DNA of 63,784 nucleotides, filler included, from Basidioascus undulatus (GCA_000826855.1; 11 parts of 11 records of this genome joined end to end with filler, not necessarily neighbours in it); one strand, 5' to 3'; shown: positions 11,873-24,595, counted from the whole stretch's first letter. A program made the numbers and translations. Notes: generated by a model not told the origin, from the sequence alone.

Positions 11873-13767
11873 GGCAATGGCGGGGAGATGGAGGTAGCGG
11901 ATGGGAGGAGCGGGAGAAAGGGAGGGAGAGGAGTTTATAGAGGAGTGGGGGAGATGGCCTGATCCGCGTCGTTCGATCAAGACGCCGATACACGTGATAA
12001 TATACGCGTGGAAGTGGATGAGCGGCAGGTGGACTGGTCGTGCGAGCAAGAACGATGTGAACGAGCGCAGAACGATGCGAAGCCGGAAGACAGGCAGGCT
12101 TGGGCTGCAAGGGGGCCCGCGCGCACACCCGCGTCAGGGTTTTCCGCGGATGGGACGCGGGGACGGGCGCCGGAGGCAGGGCTGGCAGGCCAAGCAGGCT
12201 GAATGGATTGGCATTTGCTTTTTTTGCAGTACCGCTCGAAAACGTAATAGGATGAAAAGTATTTTCAAGAAGTTCAGAATTGAATGGCCGTGCTCCCTGG
12301 AATCAATGCAGCGTTCGATCAATGCAGCGTTCGATCCCCGCACCCTGCAACCGCGGGTGTCTTCACGTGGGTTAGGTCTCCCCTCACACGAGCAGCTACA
12401 ACCTGGCCCTTGGGGATACTACAACTTTCGAGGCCGGAAAACATATAAATAGCCCTCCCTGGGGACACAGAATGACATGGTCAAGCCTCGCACGAAGGCG
12501 GTGCGTTACCGTCGTAAGGTCGTTCGCGGGCGGCACGTTGGGCAGCTGGAGGGCTCCAGAGCGCACACTAGCGCTCCCCACGTTCTTCTGATTCAAGTCT
12601 TTGAGGTCTTCTAATTAGAGTGCTTAAATTGAAAGCGAGCACGAGAAGCCTTTAGAGATCAACGGCGAGAGCAGTGGAATTTGGAAGCTGGCGGAATGGC
12701 GAAAGGTTCCTTTCCTCTAACGCGAGCGAGACCAGCCGCCAGATTTCCCAAACGATGCGATAGTCCTTACAGCACGCGATCCTCTCAATAATTGAAGAGG
12801 TCCAACAATAGCATGTTGGTTAGTAAAAGGGTGCGCAGCAAGTGGTTGCCGGACGAGCGCTGGCTGGGCGGATGACGCTGCTACCGGTACGACCAGGAAG
12901 ACAAATGGACGAACAAGGAGACAAGAGATGAGCCTTCTGCGGATCGACCATGAGAAGATGAATTCCTGATATACTGTTACTCCCAGAGCGTGCTGAGCCC
13001 ACACAAGTGTCCGGCTTCATTCGATATGCGCCAATGTCGGGCTTGGCATCCGTCGTCACCAGTGTCCCCTCCTCGAAAGGATTCCGAGTACTCACTGCTA
13101 AAACAGACAAAGTGATTGCCTTTTCGACTGTAATTCACGTCTGCATCGCGTCAGACATCGAAGGTGTCAGCGCAGCAGACGAACCTGCTGGACGCCCGCG
13201 ACGCTCCTACGCCTGCTTCCATCGCGACTGAGAGCCGGCGGTGCCGAAGAGAGAGAGAGAGCGTTGGAGGACGCAGGCATATGAAGAAGACTCGATGACC
13301 GGCAGCGGCGGGAGGGAACGCGCAAGGCGGAGACGCGGGTTAAATGCCCCGGGATCGCAGGCAGAAGCGCGAATGCGAACGCGCTTGTCAGTTGATACGC
13401 GAGCGCACGCATGGTTTAGAAACGCGGATCGACGCAAGCCGAGAGAAGCCGCAGTGAGCGGCGATCGAAAGGCGGGGCGTGATGCATATCGACCGGCAGT
13501 CGTGCTGCATGGGGTCCAACACGCAAATCCCATGCTTCGAGAGGAGAAGATAAGAGGATTGATCGAGAGAGGGAATAGAGTGAGGCGGCGGCGAGAGGGT
13601 GCGCCGGTGGTACCACGCGCCCACGATCAAGTGAAAGCATGAGCGACGCAAGCAGAAGGACGAGCGATGGTGGCCGCGAACCCACCGGGCCAGCTACCTC
13701 ACAGCACCGATGTGGAACTAACCCGTGCATGCGATGCGATCCAGCATTCGCCCCCCGCGCTCCCAAT

Positions 13768-15592
13768 CTAAGCGAACTGCGCAAACCGGGCCTGGTCGGC
13801 CTTGCCGGCCGCAACAACCTTCTTGGCGGCCTCGACGATCTTGTCCTTGCGGGCAGCGTCGTCCGCGGCGGCGTCGACGTCCTTCTTGAGCGCCGCGACC
13901 TCCTCGGGCTCGAGCGCGTCGAGCAGGAGGTCGAGCTCCGTCAGCTGACCCTCGACGACCTGCACGGAGGGCGAGGTGCCTGCCGGCTGGAAGTAGTTCG
14001 CGGCCGTCACCGCCGCGCGGACGGCCTTCTGGGACTTCTTGAGGTTCTGTTGGTAGGGGAGGTGCAAGGTGAGAAGGGATTTGCGTGGGGGTGACGGAAG
14101 AGGATGGAGGGGTGGGGGGGTGGAGGGAAAACGGACCTTGCGCGCCGCCTCCTTCGCCTTCTTGTCCGTGGCCTTCGCGGCCTTCTCCTCCTCGGCCTTC
14201 TTCGCGGCCGCCGCCGCAGCCTCAGCGGCCTCCTTCTTCTTGAGCTCCTCCTCCTTGGGGTCGACCTTGGGCGCGCCGGGCTTGCCGCCCTTGCCGGCGG
14301 CGGCGCGCTTGGCCTCGCGCGCGGCCTTCTCCTCCGCCTTGAACTTCTTGATGCGCGGGTCGAGGGAGAGCGTCTGGTCGACGAGCTGCCGCCGGCGCGC
14401 GTTGTCCTCCTTCTTGCGCCGCTCGCGCTCCGACTTGTTCTTCTTCTCCGTGTAGCGCTTGTCGTCGCGGCTGTGGGATCCCAATGCAATTATGATCAGC
14501 CCACAGCCCTACGGCGTCCACAGAACCAATGGGGGCAAGGCAAGGGGGGAGGGAAAGAAGGAGAAAGAAGGGAAGGAGAAACGTACGAGTCGGATCCCTC
14601 GTTCACCTCCTTGTCGTACCACTCGAACGAGCGCCACGAGTCAAAGTTGTACCAGAAGTTGTAGAACTCGTCAACCTCGGCGCGCGAGCTGTCCATGCTC
14701 CCGAGCTTGGGCGCCTCGCTCGGGTCGCCCTTGTGGAAGCGCGCCTCGCGCTCGAAGACCGGCCCGTAGAGCGCAAAGAAGTCGACCTTGGCCTTCGGCT
14801 CGGGGATGTCGTCGTCGACTTCGGGGTCGTACGAGTCAAACTGCCGGCGCTTCTCGGGGTTGTCGAGAATCTCAAAGGCTGGAAGGTGTCATCAATTGCA
14901 TCAGTACGGGTCCAGCAGTGGAGATAGTGGAACATGGGAAGGGGGAAGGGGGAAGAGGGAAGGGGGACGGGGAGTAGGAGGAAGACGAAGACCCACCCTT
15001 GGCGACACACTTGAAGAACGAGTCGTCCGAGGTGTTGCCGGACGAGCCCGCCTTCTTGTCCGGGTGGTGGCGGAGGACCTTCTTGCGGTGGGCACGGCGG
15101 ATCTGGTCCGGGGTCGCCTTGTAGCGAAGGCTGGACAGGCCGAGGACGGCGTACATGTCCAGTTTCTGCGGGGAGCCATACCCACAGTTCAGCATGCCGA
15201 CCACCACACCCGCATTCCTCCCCGTACTCCGGTGCCCCAGAGCCAGCTGGACACCATCCAAGCTGGAAGGAAGGGAGTGCCTCGCTCACCTTCCACTCCT
15301 TGGGGTCGCTGGCAAGGAGGGCGCGGCTCTCCGGCTCCTCACCGACGCCGTCGTCCTGCTCCTGGCCGGCAGCAGCGGCCTCCGCGGCCTTCCTGCGCGC
15401 CTCCTCGACGGCCTTGTCGTCATCCTCGAAGGAGCGGCGGAGGGCGGCGCGGCGGGCGTGGGCGGCGTAGGCGGACCCTACGGGGACGAGCTTACGCTTC
15501 ACGGGCGCAGAGACCGAGCCCGAGGGCGCGGCCGACCCGCTCGGCGCCGAGAGCGTGACCGGGAGCGAGACGACGGGGGTAGTGATCGACAT
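13768..15592 (-). CDS. ZUO1: Zuotin, ribosome-associated J-domain protein
   Basis: RKLVPVGSAY, DPKEWK, YAVLGLSSLRYKAT, HRKKVLRHHPDKK, FYNFWYNFDSWRSFE, RDDKRYTEKKNK, DPRIKKFK; lysine/alanine-rich C-terminal region. Confidence 0.97.
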
Positions 15593-16939
15593 GGCGGGCA
15601 GAGAGCACAAGCCTGGCAACGGCAAGAAAGGGGTTCGAAGCGAGAAGACAGCGCGCAAGGGGGCGCGACTTTTCTTGAGCAGGCCAGGAACACTCCGAGG
15701 ACAGTCCGCGGACAACTGCTGCAGACCCGAAGTGCGTAGACGTCCTTCCCTTCTGCTACCGGAGGTCAATTCCAATGAACCTTTCAACTTTTGAGACTCG
15801 TACGACCTAATTGACATGTAAGACTCCTCTGATGACACCATGGTCAGAGAAGGTCGGGCGCGTTACGTACCTAACCTTCAACTTTCAAACTCACTTAGGA
15901 ACGCCAACCCTGCTTGCATGCCTTACCAGGTGGATCATGAGGAAAGAAAGAGAATGTAACTGCTCCAATCTTCAAGCATGTCGTGCCAATCCCCGCGAGG
16001 GCTACGCGCACATATAAGGACCGCCAGTCACGTCCACGTCGCCGTTTCGCGTACTCGTCTCTACGGGCACCTGAGCCCTAGAAAAACTATGCATTTTCCC
16101 TGTGCAGCTTCAAAGAGCATTCTGAGATACCCTTGACGGTTTTGGCGGTCGCCAGCGGGAAATGAAGAGTCAGATGCCGACGCATTGGCGGTATTACCAA
16201 GTCGGATTTTGGATTGTAGTTGGCATCGGGTGGCGGCACCAGCACAGGACATACCTTCGGTCATCATATCAATAACCCGCACAGAAAGTTGTGCGCAACT
16301 GCCTGGCCACGCAGTCCATCCTGGACGAGGAGTAGGTAAAGGGTCGACATGTTGCCCATCTTGCTGAACCACCCTCTTGCTACTCGACATCTGACACACA
16401 CCTGAAACTACTCTCGATTGTCGACGGAAGTGCCTACATTTTCAAAAGCAAGTCCCACCTGGCTTCAAAGGTGACGCAGACGCGCAAGTGCGCCCGTATT
16501 TGCCCCCTGCTGCGAGTAATACAATTATCACAACGGTACTATAATGACGATGCACAGAGTCTACAGCGCGCTATACCATATCCATTTCCGTACCGGACTA
16601 TTGGTAGGTCCAGCACATCCAACTGTAGGTGGGATTGAGTTGATTGTTGCACCGTGGGGCGGCATCGCGCGGTGCACCGACGTCTGGGGGCAAGAGACAA
16701 CTACCATCTTGCCCGGGTTCACGATGCTGATAAAGACTTCATTCAGCTTTTCAATTCACTTTCCAAGTCAGGAGGCATCGGGGACTGCTGTGCCGAGCAC
16801 ACCTTGATCCTGGGCCATGAGAGCTCTCTAAGTCAAAAACAATGTGAAGTACGTCAAGCCTGTTACGCTATGGAAAATTTGGCTAGGTTAGGCGTTAAGA
16901 GCTCTGCATGCGACGCGGCTAGTGGGCAACAGGAGGGGT

Positions 16940-17371
16940 AGAGTACAGGAGCGAGAAGGGGCCGGGCCAGCACCAAAACCACGTGGGCGAAAGCTTTGCA
17001 CCAGCAGGAGAAGACTAGACTATGTAGGGATGAGACGGTGTTCGGGTGCTTGACGAAGGGTGGATTCGATGGTGCGGAGGATGGGACTGGCGGCGTGGGG
17101 TGCAGCATTGAGGAGGCGGTCAATGAGGTTGGTTGATGCCAGGGATGGTGTGATCGTTGCCGAGGGTGATTGGGGTGTCGGTGAGCACGGAGGCGATGGC
17201 TGTCTTGTCTCTACATCAGCGGAGCGCGGTGGTGAGGTCGGAGGGGGGGAGGGAGAGGATTGGGTCGACTAGGGAGGGTGTGTGGCGAATGTAGCAGCCG
17301 AGTGTGCCGATGTTGGCCTCGGTGGAGAGCCAGTGCCGGCGATGGCTACAGAGGAAGAGCTGGACAAGGGG
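16940..17371 (-). mobile_element. Decayed repeat/ORF relic, possibly the 3' end of a non-LTR retrotransposon
   Basis: The C-rich minus strand reads PLVQLFLCSHRRHWLSTEANIGTLGCYIRHTPSL... with in-frame TGA stops, and the sequence runs into a contig end. No diagnostic motif. Confidence 0.25.
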
Positions 17372-17471
17372 NNNNNNNNNNNNNNNNNNNNNNNNNNNNN
17401 NNNNNNNNNNNNNNNTTAATTAATTAANNNNNNNNNNNNNNNNNNNNNNNNNNNNNNNNNNNNNNNNNNNN
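17372..17471. other. Artificial contig-joining linker
   Basis: N44-TTAATTAATTAA-N44. Confidence 0.99.
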
Positions 17472-18085
17472 CCCTGAGTGTCATGCTTGAGGGCAAAGAC
17501 CCACTTAGGTGTGAGGACCTTGCAGTTCCGAGGCATGGTCGCACGGAGGACGAGCTCGTATGTTTGCATGCGCGCCAGCGAGTCCATCTCAGCCTGACAG
17601 GCAGCCCCCCACTCGTGAGCAGCCGGGCCAGAGAGAGCTGCATGCAGTGTGGCCGGGGCCTGGCTGGGAAGCATGTAGAGGTCGAGATCAGAGGAGCGGG
17701 CGGTGGCAGAGAGACCCTGGTGTGAAATGTCGGCAGGAGGGTCCTCGTCATCCGAGATGATGTCTAGCGGGTCGTCAGATGAGTCTGAGTCGGTCTGCGC
17801 TTCCCCCTCTCGCTCAGGTGCCCCCACTGGCTCCGGCTCCTCGGAGTGCGAGCCGGCAGAGGCATCAGGCATATGTGGTGAAAGAGGAGGTCTGCAGGGT
17901 GACAACAGTGCTGATGAGGAGGATGAGGATGAGGGCGAGAGTGAAGCGGAGGACGAGATTGATGATGAGGATGAGGATGAGATTGGCAGAGAGGTGAGGG
18001 TCGTGATGGTGAGGATGGGGGTGCTGAGGGTGTTGACGGTGATGATGATGATGAAGACGATGTTGAGTCATTTGAAGGCGTAGCA
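17472..18085 (-). mobile_element. Ty1/copia LTR retrotransposon pol fragment (integrase-RT linker and start of RT)
   Basis: PATLHAALSGPAAHEWGAACQAEMDSLARMQTYELV...KVLTPKWVFALKHD is the typical start of the copia RVT_2 domain, preceded by a Ser/acidic linker. Confidence 0.9.
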
Positions 18086-18723
18086 AATCCTCGTATTGCA
18101 ACATGCCGAATCGCGATCGAATGCGAAAGCAGCGGTGGCAGGGGCAAGGGTAATCCCCGCGCCGCCGCCGCGCCGCGACACAGCCGGGCAGCGAGCATCG
18201 TTTGGAGCGATGCTCGACTCCGGGAAAACGGCTAGTGTGAGTACCCGAAAGGAAGAGAAAAGCGAAGGAAGAAGGCGCGAGAGCGGGACAAGATGGACGA
18301 GGAGGGAGCAGGAAGCGAGCAAGCAAGAAGGCGATCGGCGAGCAGGGCAAGAAGGGGGAGCGCGTTTGGTCAGCGGGGGCACGTCATTGGGTTTGGGGGA
18401 GGGGCGGCAAATAATGAGGAGGGTATACAGAGGCTACCAAGTTTAGGCAGGCCTTACTTGGATTTTAAAACAAAGGAAAAGCCATTTCCGGTCTGAGGGT
18501 TGGGATTGAGGATCACTGGTCAATTCTGCAAGCTGGCATGCAGTGGCACGTCTGCCTGCCTGCACTTCGGAAGTCTCAGCACCCTAAGCTTGGAGCTTGA
18601 TCCATGACCTCCTCTGCGAGTGCTAGGAATAAGCGTGCTCAGATAATCCCCAACTATTTTTGAATGAAGTCAGGGCAAGGGCAGGGAATGGCAGAGAAGA
18701 ACAGTCCCCACCAGTTGTGTAGC

Positions 18724-19710
18724 AGTGGTGGCTCAGCTGCGCTGGTGACTGCAGACAAAGCAGTGAAGGAGCACAACGAGTGTGGTTGACGGTGGAAGTG
18801 CTTTAGATACTGTTTAAAGGGGTTTTCCTAATGTCAGATAGGTCTGTAAAGGCAAGTTAAGCGAGTTGCCAAGGCTGGAGTTGCGCTGGGCCTCAGGCTA
18901 GCTGTGGGTGGTGATGGCTGGGGAAACACTGAGCAGGGGGGATAGTGAGTGTAGATGACTGTGTAGCTACCTCAAGAACTGTTAAAATTGGTTCCCTAGT
19001 GTCGGATGCGTCAGTCGAGGCAAGTTGGGCAAGTCAGGCCCAGCACCACGCTGCTCCTTGCTGAGGCGGTGGTGGCTGGGGAGAGAGCGGTGACGGAGCA
19101 CAGCGGGCCAGGCTGACTTTGGAGCTGCTTCAGGTACTTTAAAAAGTTTTTCCCCATCGTTGGATGGGCCAGTGAGGGGACCCAGCAAAGTCCTCAAGGT
19201 TGGCAGTACACGGTGCCTTTCTGAGGGGATTGCTGGCTGGGGAGAAACCGAGGAGGGAGTGCAACAGGTGAGGACAAGCACTGTTTAAAATTGTTTCCAC
19301 AAGGTCAGTTGGGTCTTGTAAGACAAGCTAGCGCAGCCCACAAGGGTGGTTTTGTGAGGGGTTGGCTGAAGGAGCGAAGGCTGGGCAGCGGTGCGGAAGT
19401 AACGAGAGTGCGGAGGCCTATGGAGCGGCATGAAACACTCTTGAAAGTCTTTCCCCAAATTCAGTTGGGTCAGCCGAGCCGGAAAGGGCAAGTCCCCAAG
19501 GCTGGCGTCGCTCTGCGTTCAGCTGAGGGTGGTGGTGGTGGTGGTGGTGGTGGTGGCTGGGGAAAGAGCGGCAAGGAAGTGTAGAGGGCATGACTGACTG
19601 TGGAACTGATTCAGATACTGTTTAAAGTGTTTCCGCAATGTCCGATGGATCAGACAAGGCAAGCTAGGCGAGTCCCCAGGGCTGGTGTTGCACGGTGCTG
19701 GCTGTGGGCG
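18724..19710. repeat. Degenerate tandem array, about 6 units of 145-180 bp
   Basis: Block resembling ACTGTTTAAARTGTTTCC.CAATGTCRGATGGGTCAG..AAGGCAAG recurs near 18808, 18977, 19135, 19280, 19435 and 19616. TGGCTGGGGA-like block recurs near 18915, 19073, 19234, 19378 and 19554. Confidence 0.85.
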
Positions 19711-20160
19711 ACTTGACAGCAGGTTCTGCCCGCCAATCAGCTGTGATCCCACTTTAGACATGCAGTATGTCTGTGCATCTGTGCCTTTCTGAAGGTCAGT
19801 GTTGTTTTCAGTGGATGCGCCCATGAGGCAAGCCTGCAGCCAGGCAGCCACAGCATGTCGCCCTGCCGGTCGGGTGTAGTCCACAGTTTCACCACCGGAG
19901 TACAGAGCACCGCAGAAAGTTTGAATTCTAGTTATAGTATGCACCCTAATGAGTGCAATAAAACATTTCCAGTTTGGTGGTTAAGTATCTGGGTACTGGA
20001 GTTTCGGGCAGCTGAACAGTCCAGACAGTCCAACGTGCAAGCGGAACTTCCGCGGACCGACCCGCGTCTCTTCGCGCACTCGCTCACTTCACGCGACGCG
20101 TCTTCCCTCTTCCTTCTTGCCCTCTCCCTCTGCCATCCTCTCCTCCACGAACCGCTCACG

Positions 20161-20948
20161 ATGCCCGCCTCTCAGACCGCGATCCATCTCTACCCGCTCC
20201 CCTCCTCCTCGCTGCCCTCCCAGCCGCTGCACCTCCTCCCCGTGCACCTCTCCACCTCCCAACCCGCCCGCGTCTCGCACTACTTCCTTCCGCGCCCGCT
20301 CGGCTCCCCCTCCCCAACCATCAGCGCCACCAGCACGACCCCCACCAGCGAGACGGAGGAGCGCTGGAAAGCCTCTTTCCGCGGGCGTGCGATGGAGGGG
20401 CTCACGCTCCGCCTGCCCGAGGGATGGAGCGGGTGGGTGGTCGAGACGCCTTCGGACGCAGCCCCCTCCGCCCCGGCTTCGCTCCTGACTCCGCGAGAGG
20501 AGGACGCGGATCTGGGAAGGGGAAAACGCAGGCGCGCTGCTCCGCCTCCGCCCCCGCCCGCTAAGAGGTCGAGGCGGGTCGCGATGTTCTCTATGGACTC
20601 CGAGGACGAGGTCGAGGCAGCGGCGGACGCGGAGGAAGTCCAAAAGGCGGTAGATCCCGAGCCCGCTGCAGAGGAGGAGGATGCAGGGGAGGAGGAAGGA
20701 CAGGAGGAGCAGGAGGAGAACGCCCCACCCCGCGACCTGAAGCCCACGACAACGTTCACCTCGTTCGTTCTCTGGGCGCCGGACGGGCCGGCGGACGAGG
20801 AGACGGACGCGTATGTACGCGTTGTGCGGGCCGGGGAGTGGGAGAGGTTGGGGAGGCTGGTGAGTCGTGGTTTACCTTGACGGCTTTTGGGTGGGGGAGT
20901 GGGACGCTAATGAGGTGTGGGTGGGGGTAGGTGCATGAAGAGGACTAA
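20161..20948 (+). CDS. RNH203: Ribonuclease H2 subunit C
   Basis: HLLPVHL..PARVSHYF, ASFRGRAMEG..LRLPEGWSGWV, FTSFVLWAPD, DAYVR..EW..LGRL then a short last exon VHEED*. Confidence 0.88.
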
Positions 20949-21840
20949 GGGCAGGGGGGATGGAAGGGACGGAGGAGGATGGGATGCTGCATGCCTGCTA
21001 TTGCTCGGCCTACGCTCGGACTTCGAGGAGGGGACTCATAGACGGACGCGCTACCTTTGCCTAGTCTGCGAAGGCCATGCGATCCTGCGCTCCTACCCTC
21101 GCAACTTGCACCGGCCCCGCATCTAGCGTTCCTCCCAACGCATTCAGAACGCTGCTTTGCCCCCTGCGCGGAAGACTCGATTCCCTCTGGGCTTTTCTCT
21201 CGACGACGGTGGACCGCCCGCGAAGACTGCAGCAGCTCTAGAGTCGGCAGACCTCAGCACGTCCCAGGCAGGCCCGGAGCTCAACTTCGATCCCCCTTCT
21301 CAAACAGACAGATCAGACAGAAGTAATGGAAGCTCCCACTCCGTCAAGTCTCGAGCGGATAATTTCGCAGTCGCGCTGCAGGGGTAGGTAACGGTCGCTG
21401 CAGGTCGCAGGCAAGGAGAGGCTTTCCGCTGCGCGCTGCAGCTTGTGCTCATCCTTCGAAGCTCCATGGAGACCACAAGTTTCACAAATGGAAGAGCGGA
21501 ATAGCGAAGATGGATCTTGTTCTTGCCAGTGCACGGCGTCTCACATGCACCACAGCTGCAGTACCGAGCAGGACCAGTATGAAGCACATCTCGGAGTCCT
21601 ATATATATGTCCTCAACATTCCCCAATCTTTCCACAATTTTACTTTCTGATCAGTACCTGGATCGCTGAAATGTGCGGGAAGCCACAACTGCCTCGCAGC
21701 CGACCAAAGCAGACGCCGTCGCGGCGCGCACTTCTTCTTGTCTTCCACCCTCATCCCGCCGCTCACCCCTCGCCCGCTTCACCCACTCACCCTCACCGCT
21801 GGCCTCTTAGCCACATCCAATGCCAAACGAACCCACAGCA

Positions 21841-23184
21841 ATGTCCACCCGCGCCGACCTCCAAAAACTCACAGTCGCCGACCTCAAAGCGCGGTGCAAG
21901 CAGGTCCGCCTCCATCCCCTCCTTCCCTTTTCGTTCCTTCCGGTCTTACGCCCTCTCATCTTCATTGTGCCGTTCGAGCAGCTCAGCATCAAAGGCTACT
22001 CGAAGCTCTCCAAACCTGCGCTGATAAATCTCATCCTCGAGCGCGAGCCCGCCTCCTCGGAGCCCCAGTCCGCGATGGGCGCCTCGAAGCGCTCCGCGCC
22101 GGCGAAGGGGGAGGAGGTCGAGCAGCCTAGTCCTTCGAAGAAGAAGCCTCGCACATCTGAGGAGGATGCAGCTGCTTCGTCTGCTGATGCTCCTGCGTCG
22201 TCGAACAGGGACGCGCCGGGGCCAGCGCGAGCTGCTGACGCATCTTCGTCCAACCCCTCCGTTTGTCCGACGCCGGCTGGCTCGACTTCGCATGCTGCTC
22301 CTATCGATGCTCTACCTGACGTTTCTTCTTCGCATACGGATGCCGCTTCTGCCGGCGTGATGGCTCTCGCGCCTCCCGCTCCTGTCGTGAGGTTGAGGAC
22401 CGCCAGCGCATCGACAGCATCTTCGCTATCAGCTTCTGTGTCATCCAGGGTCGCGGGAGCGCGTACCGCGGACCGTGCTCAGCCGGCACTGCAGCACGAG
22501 CAGCATTCGAGCTCGTCCGCTCACGTACTTCCACAGCCCCTCTCTCGCACCGCTCCTGCCTGTGAGAAGGAGGTGCCTGTTCGTGCACCGCTCCAGATGC
22601 CGCTTGAGCGGCTCCCACCGCCCGCGACCTCTTCGCGCAAGCCCACCTTCACGCCGCTCAAACCTCTCGCTTCTAAACCAACCACTACGCCCTCGCGCTC
22701 TCCCCGCGCGCCATCACCCAGCTCGACGCGGTCGAAGCGTCCTTCTGCCACCACCACCACCAACCCAGGCGCAGCCCGACACGCACGCTCTCGTCCAGCC
22801 CCGCGCCTGCGTCCAACCCCCCTATGCATAAGAAGAACACGATCGTCCTTATCTCCTCGTCGGATGAAGAGGTGGGGAGGGAGCGGAGGGTGAGGAGAAG
22901 CGGGGGCGGCGGTGGGGGAGGGAGGAGGACGCGCGCGAGTAGGAGTCGGACGCCGAGGGCGATCATTAGTCTGGACGATGATGAAGATGAGGAAGTCGTT
23001 GTGGGGAAGGAGGTCCTGGAGGAGTGCGACAAGCTCGAAGCTCTCATTTCGCGTACGTTTCCCCCTGCCCCATCCCACACATTCGCATCCCATTCTCACA
23101 TCCCTCGCTTCCGCAGGCCCTCCCAAGCGCCGCCGCACCCCCGTCCTCACTCACGATCCAGCGCCGCCGCCGATAAAGACATCG
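21841..23184 (+). CDS. Hypothetical protein with N-terminal SAP/Rho_N-like helix-extension-helix and long disordered region; 3' truncated
   Basis: LQKLTVADLKARCKQ, intron, LSIKGYSKLSKPALINLILE. An apparent frame change lies near 22690-22830. Confidence 0.65.
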
Positions 23185-23284
23185 NNNNNNNNNNNNNNNN
23201 NNNNNNNNNNNNNNNNNNNNNNNNNNNNTTAATTAATTAANNNNNNNNNNNNNNNNNNNNNNNNNNNNNNNNNNNNNNNNNNNN
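23185..23284. other. Artificial contig-joining linker
   Basis: N44-TTAATTAATTAA-N44. Confidence 0.99.
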
Positions 23285-24552
23285 CAGAGCTTCTTAACGC
23301 CTAACCCAAACCAAGCAGCTGATGGCAGTGCGCAACAGCGCCTAGTTCGCCGAGCTCGGCACGCTCGCACAAGCTTCCGCAACAGCCTTCCCCAGGCCCT
23401 GACACGCTCTCAAGTTTCCCGAGTGTAGCCGTTCGAGGAAGTGCGCAGGATCTCTGCGCTTTCTATTGCCAACGTGTGTCCCCGCTTCCATTTCCATGTG
23501 GGTCAGCCTGAACCTTCTCACGAGCGGCCAGTCCTCGAAGGATACGTCTGGTCCTGAACGAGCTGCACATCGGCTACGACGACGACTCGGCCCGCATCTG
23601 CGGCGAGGCGTCGACCGAGGTGATCGCTCGTCGCCAAGTTGGCGTCGCCGGCGTTCGAACTCGCAAAGCGGAACTTGGCTGTGAGGTATGTGTTTGTACT
23701 GCGCTTTCCATCCGTTTGAGCCATCAGGAGTCGATCTGACTGATGTGTGTTTCGAATCCGGCCTCGTCTGAACGCCTGCGGCCAGCATAAGCTATGGACG
23801 CTCAGAGATATCCGCAGGACCTCGTCGGGCTAAGAGATTCTGCCTCAATCAACCAGCATACAGACACTATCAGGTGGCAGCGTTCAGCAGTCTTAGGAGA
23901 GCACAAACTGAAGAACAGAGCTAGATGAGACCGACAAACAATCTGGACCCAGAATCACCTCGAAGAAAACGTTGCCCAAACCGGTCATCAAGGAGGCTCG
24001 AAGACGTGTACAACACTGTGTGAAAGCCATTTCTACCAATTATTTTAGTTCGTTTTCCGACTCCTGTATATTCGTAAGTAGCCTTTCATATCCGGTCCCT
24101 CAACGGCATCGAGTAATACTTGATCGTGCACAGCCCCATGCAGGCTCTTATTTCTCTTAGTTGGCTGCTTCCCCCACATAATTTAGAGACAACCCTCTCA
24201 TTGACTTCACCTGCTTACCGTGAATCTCAATCCAACCCATACGAGGGGCAGTAAGGGCGTGGGAGGGGGTTTCGCGGCCGTGTAAGATGGAGGAGGGTGA
24301 ATAGGGACTGTGAGGAGGAGTGGGACGGGAGTTTAGTACGTTTGTGGTGGATTTACCAATCAGTGTTGGGGAGATTGGGGGATGAGGGATGAGGGAGGGG
24401 ATGGTGAGGAAAGTCCAGACGGCCGATACTTTGAAATGGTTGGAGTGGTAGAAACCCCTAATGGAAAGTTGTGGAAAACCAGTCGTTTGATGGAAAACTC
24501 ATTTAAAGGCTATTCTGATTGAAAATATGTTGAGAATATGGCTGCCTATTTA

Positions 24553-24595
24553 AGCAGTTCGCCGTACTATTTAGCTAAATAGTACGGGAACTGCT
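24553..24595. repeat. 43-bp loopless palindrome with one bulged base
   Basis: AGCAGTTC(G)CCGTACTATTTAG|CTAAATAGTACGGGAACTGCT. Confidence 0.9.

Noticed and set aside
12302..12335. Short perfect tandem duplication (ATCAATGCAGCGTTCG x2) upstream of DGK1
   Set aside because: Two copies only; ordinary slippage.
18430..18450. TGGTAGC on the minus strand as a tRNA-Met primer-binding site for the copia fragment
   Set aside because: Match is only about 7 nt and is not preceded by an LTR-terminal CA.
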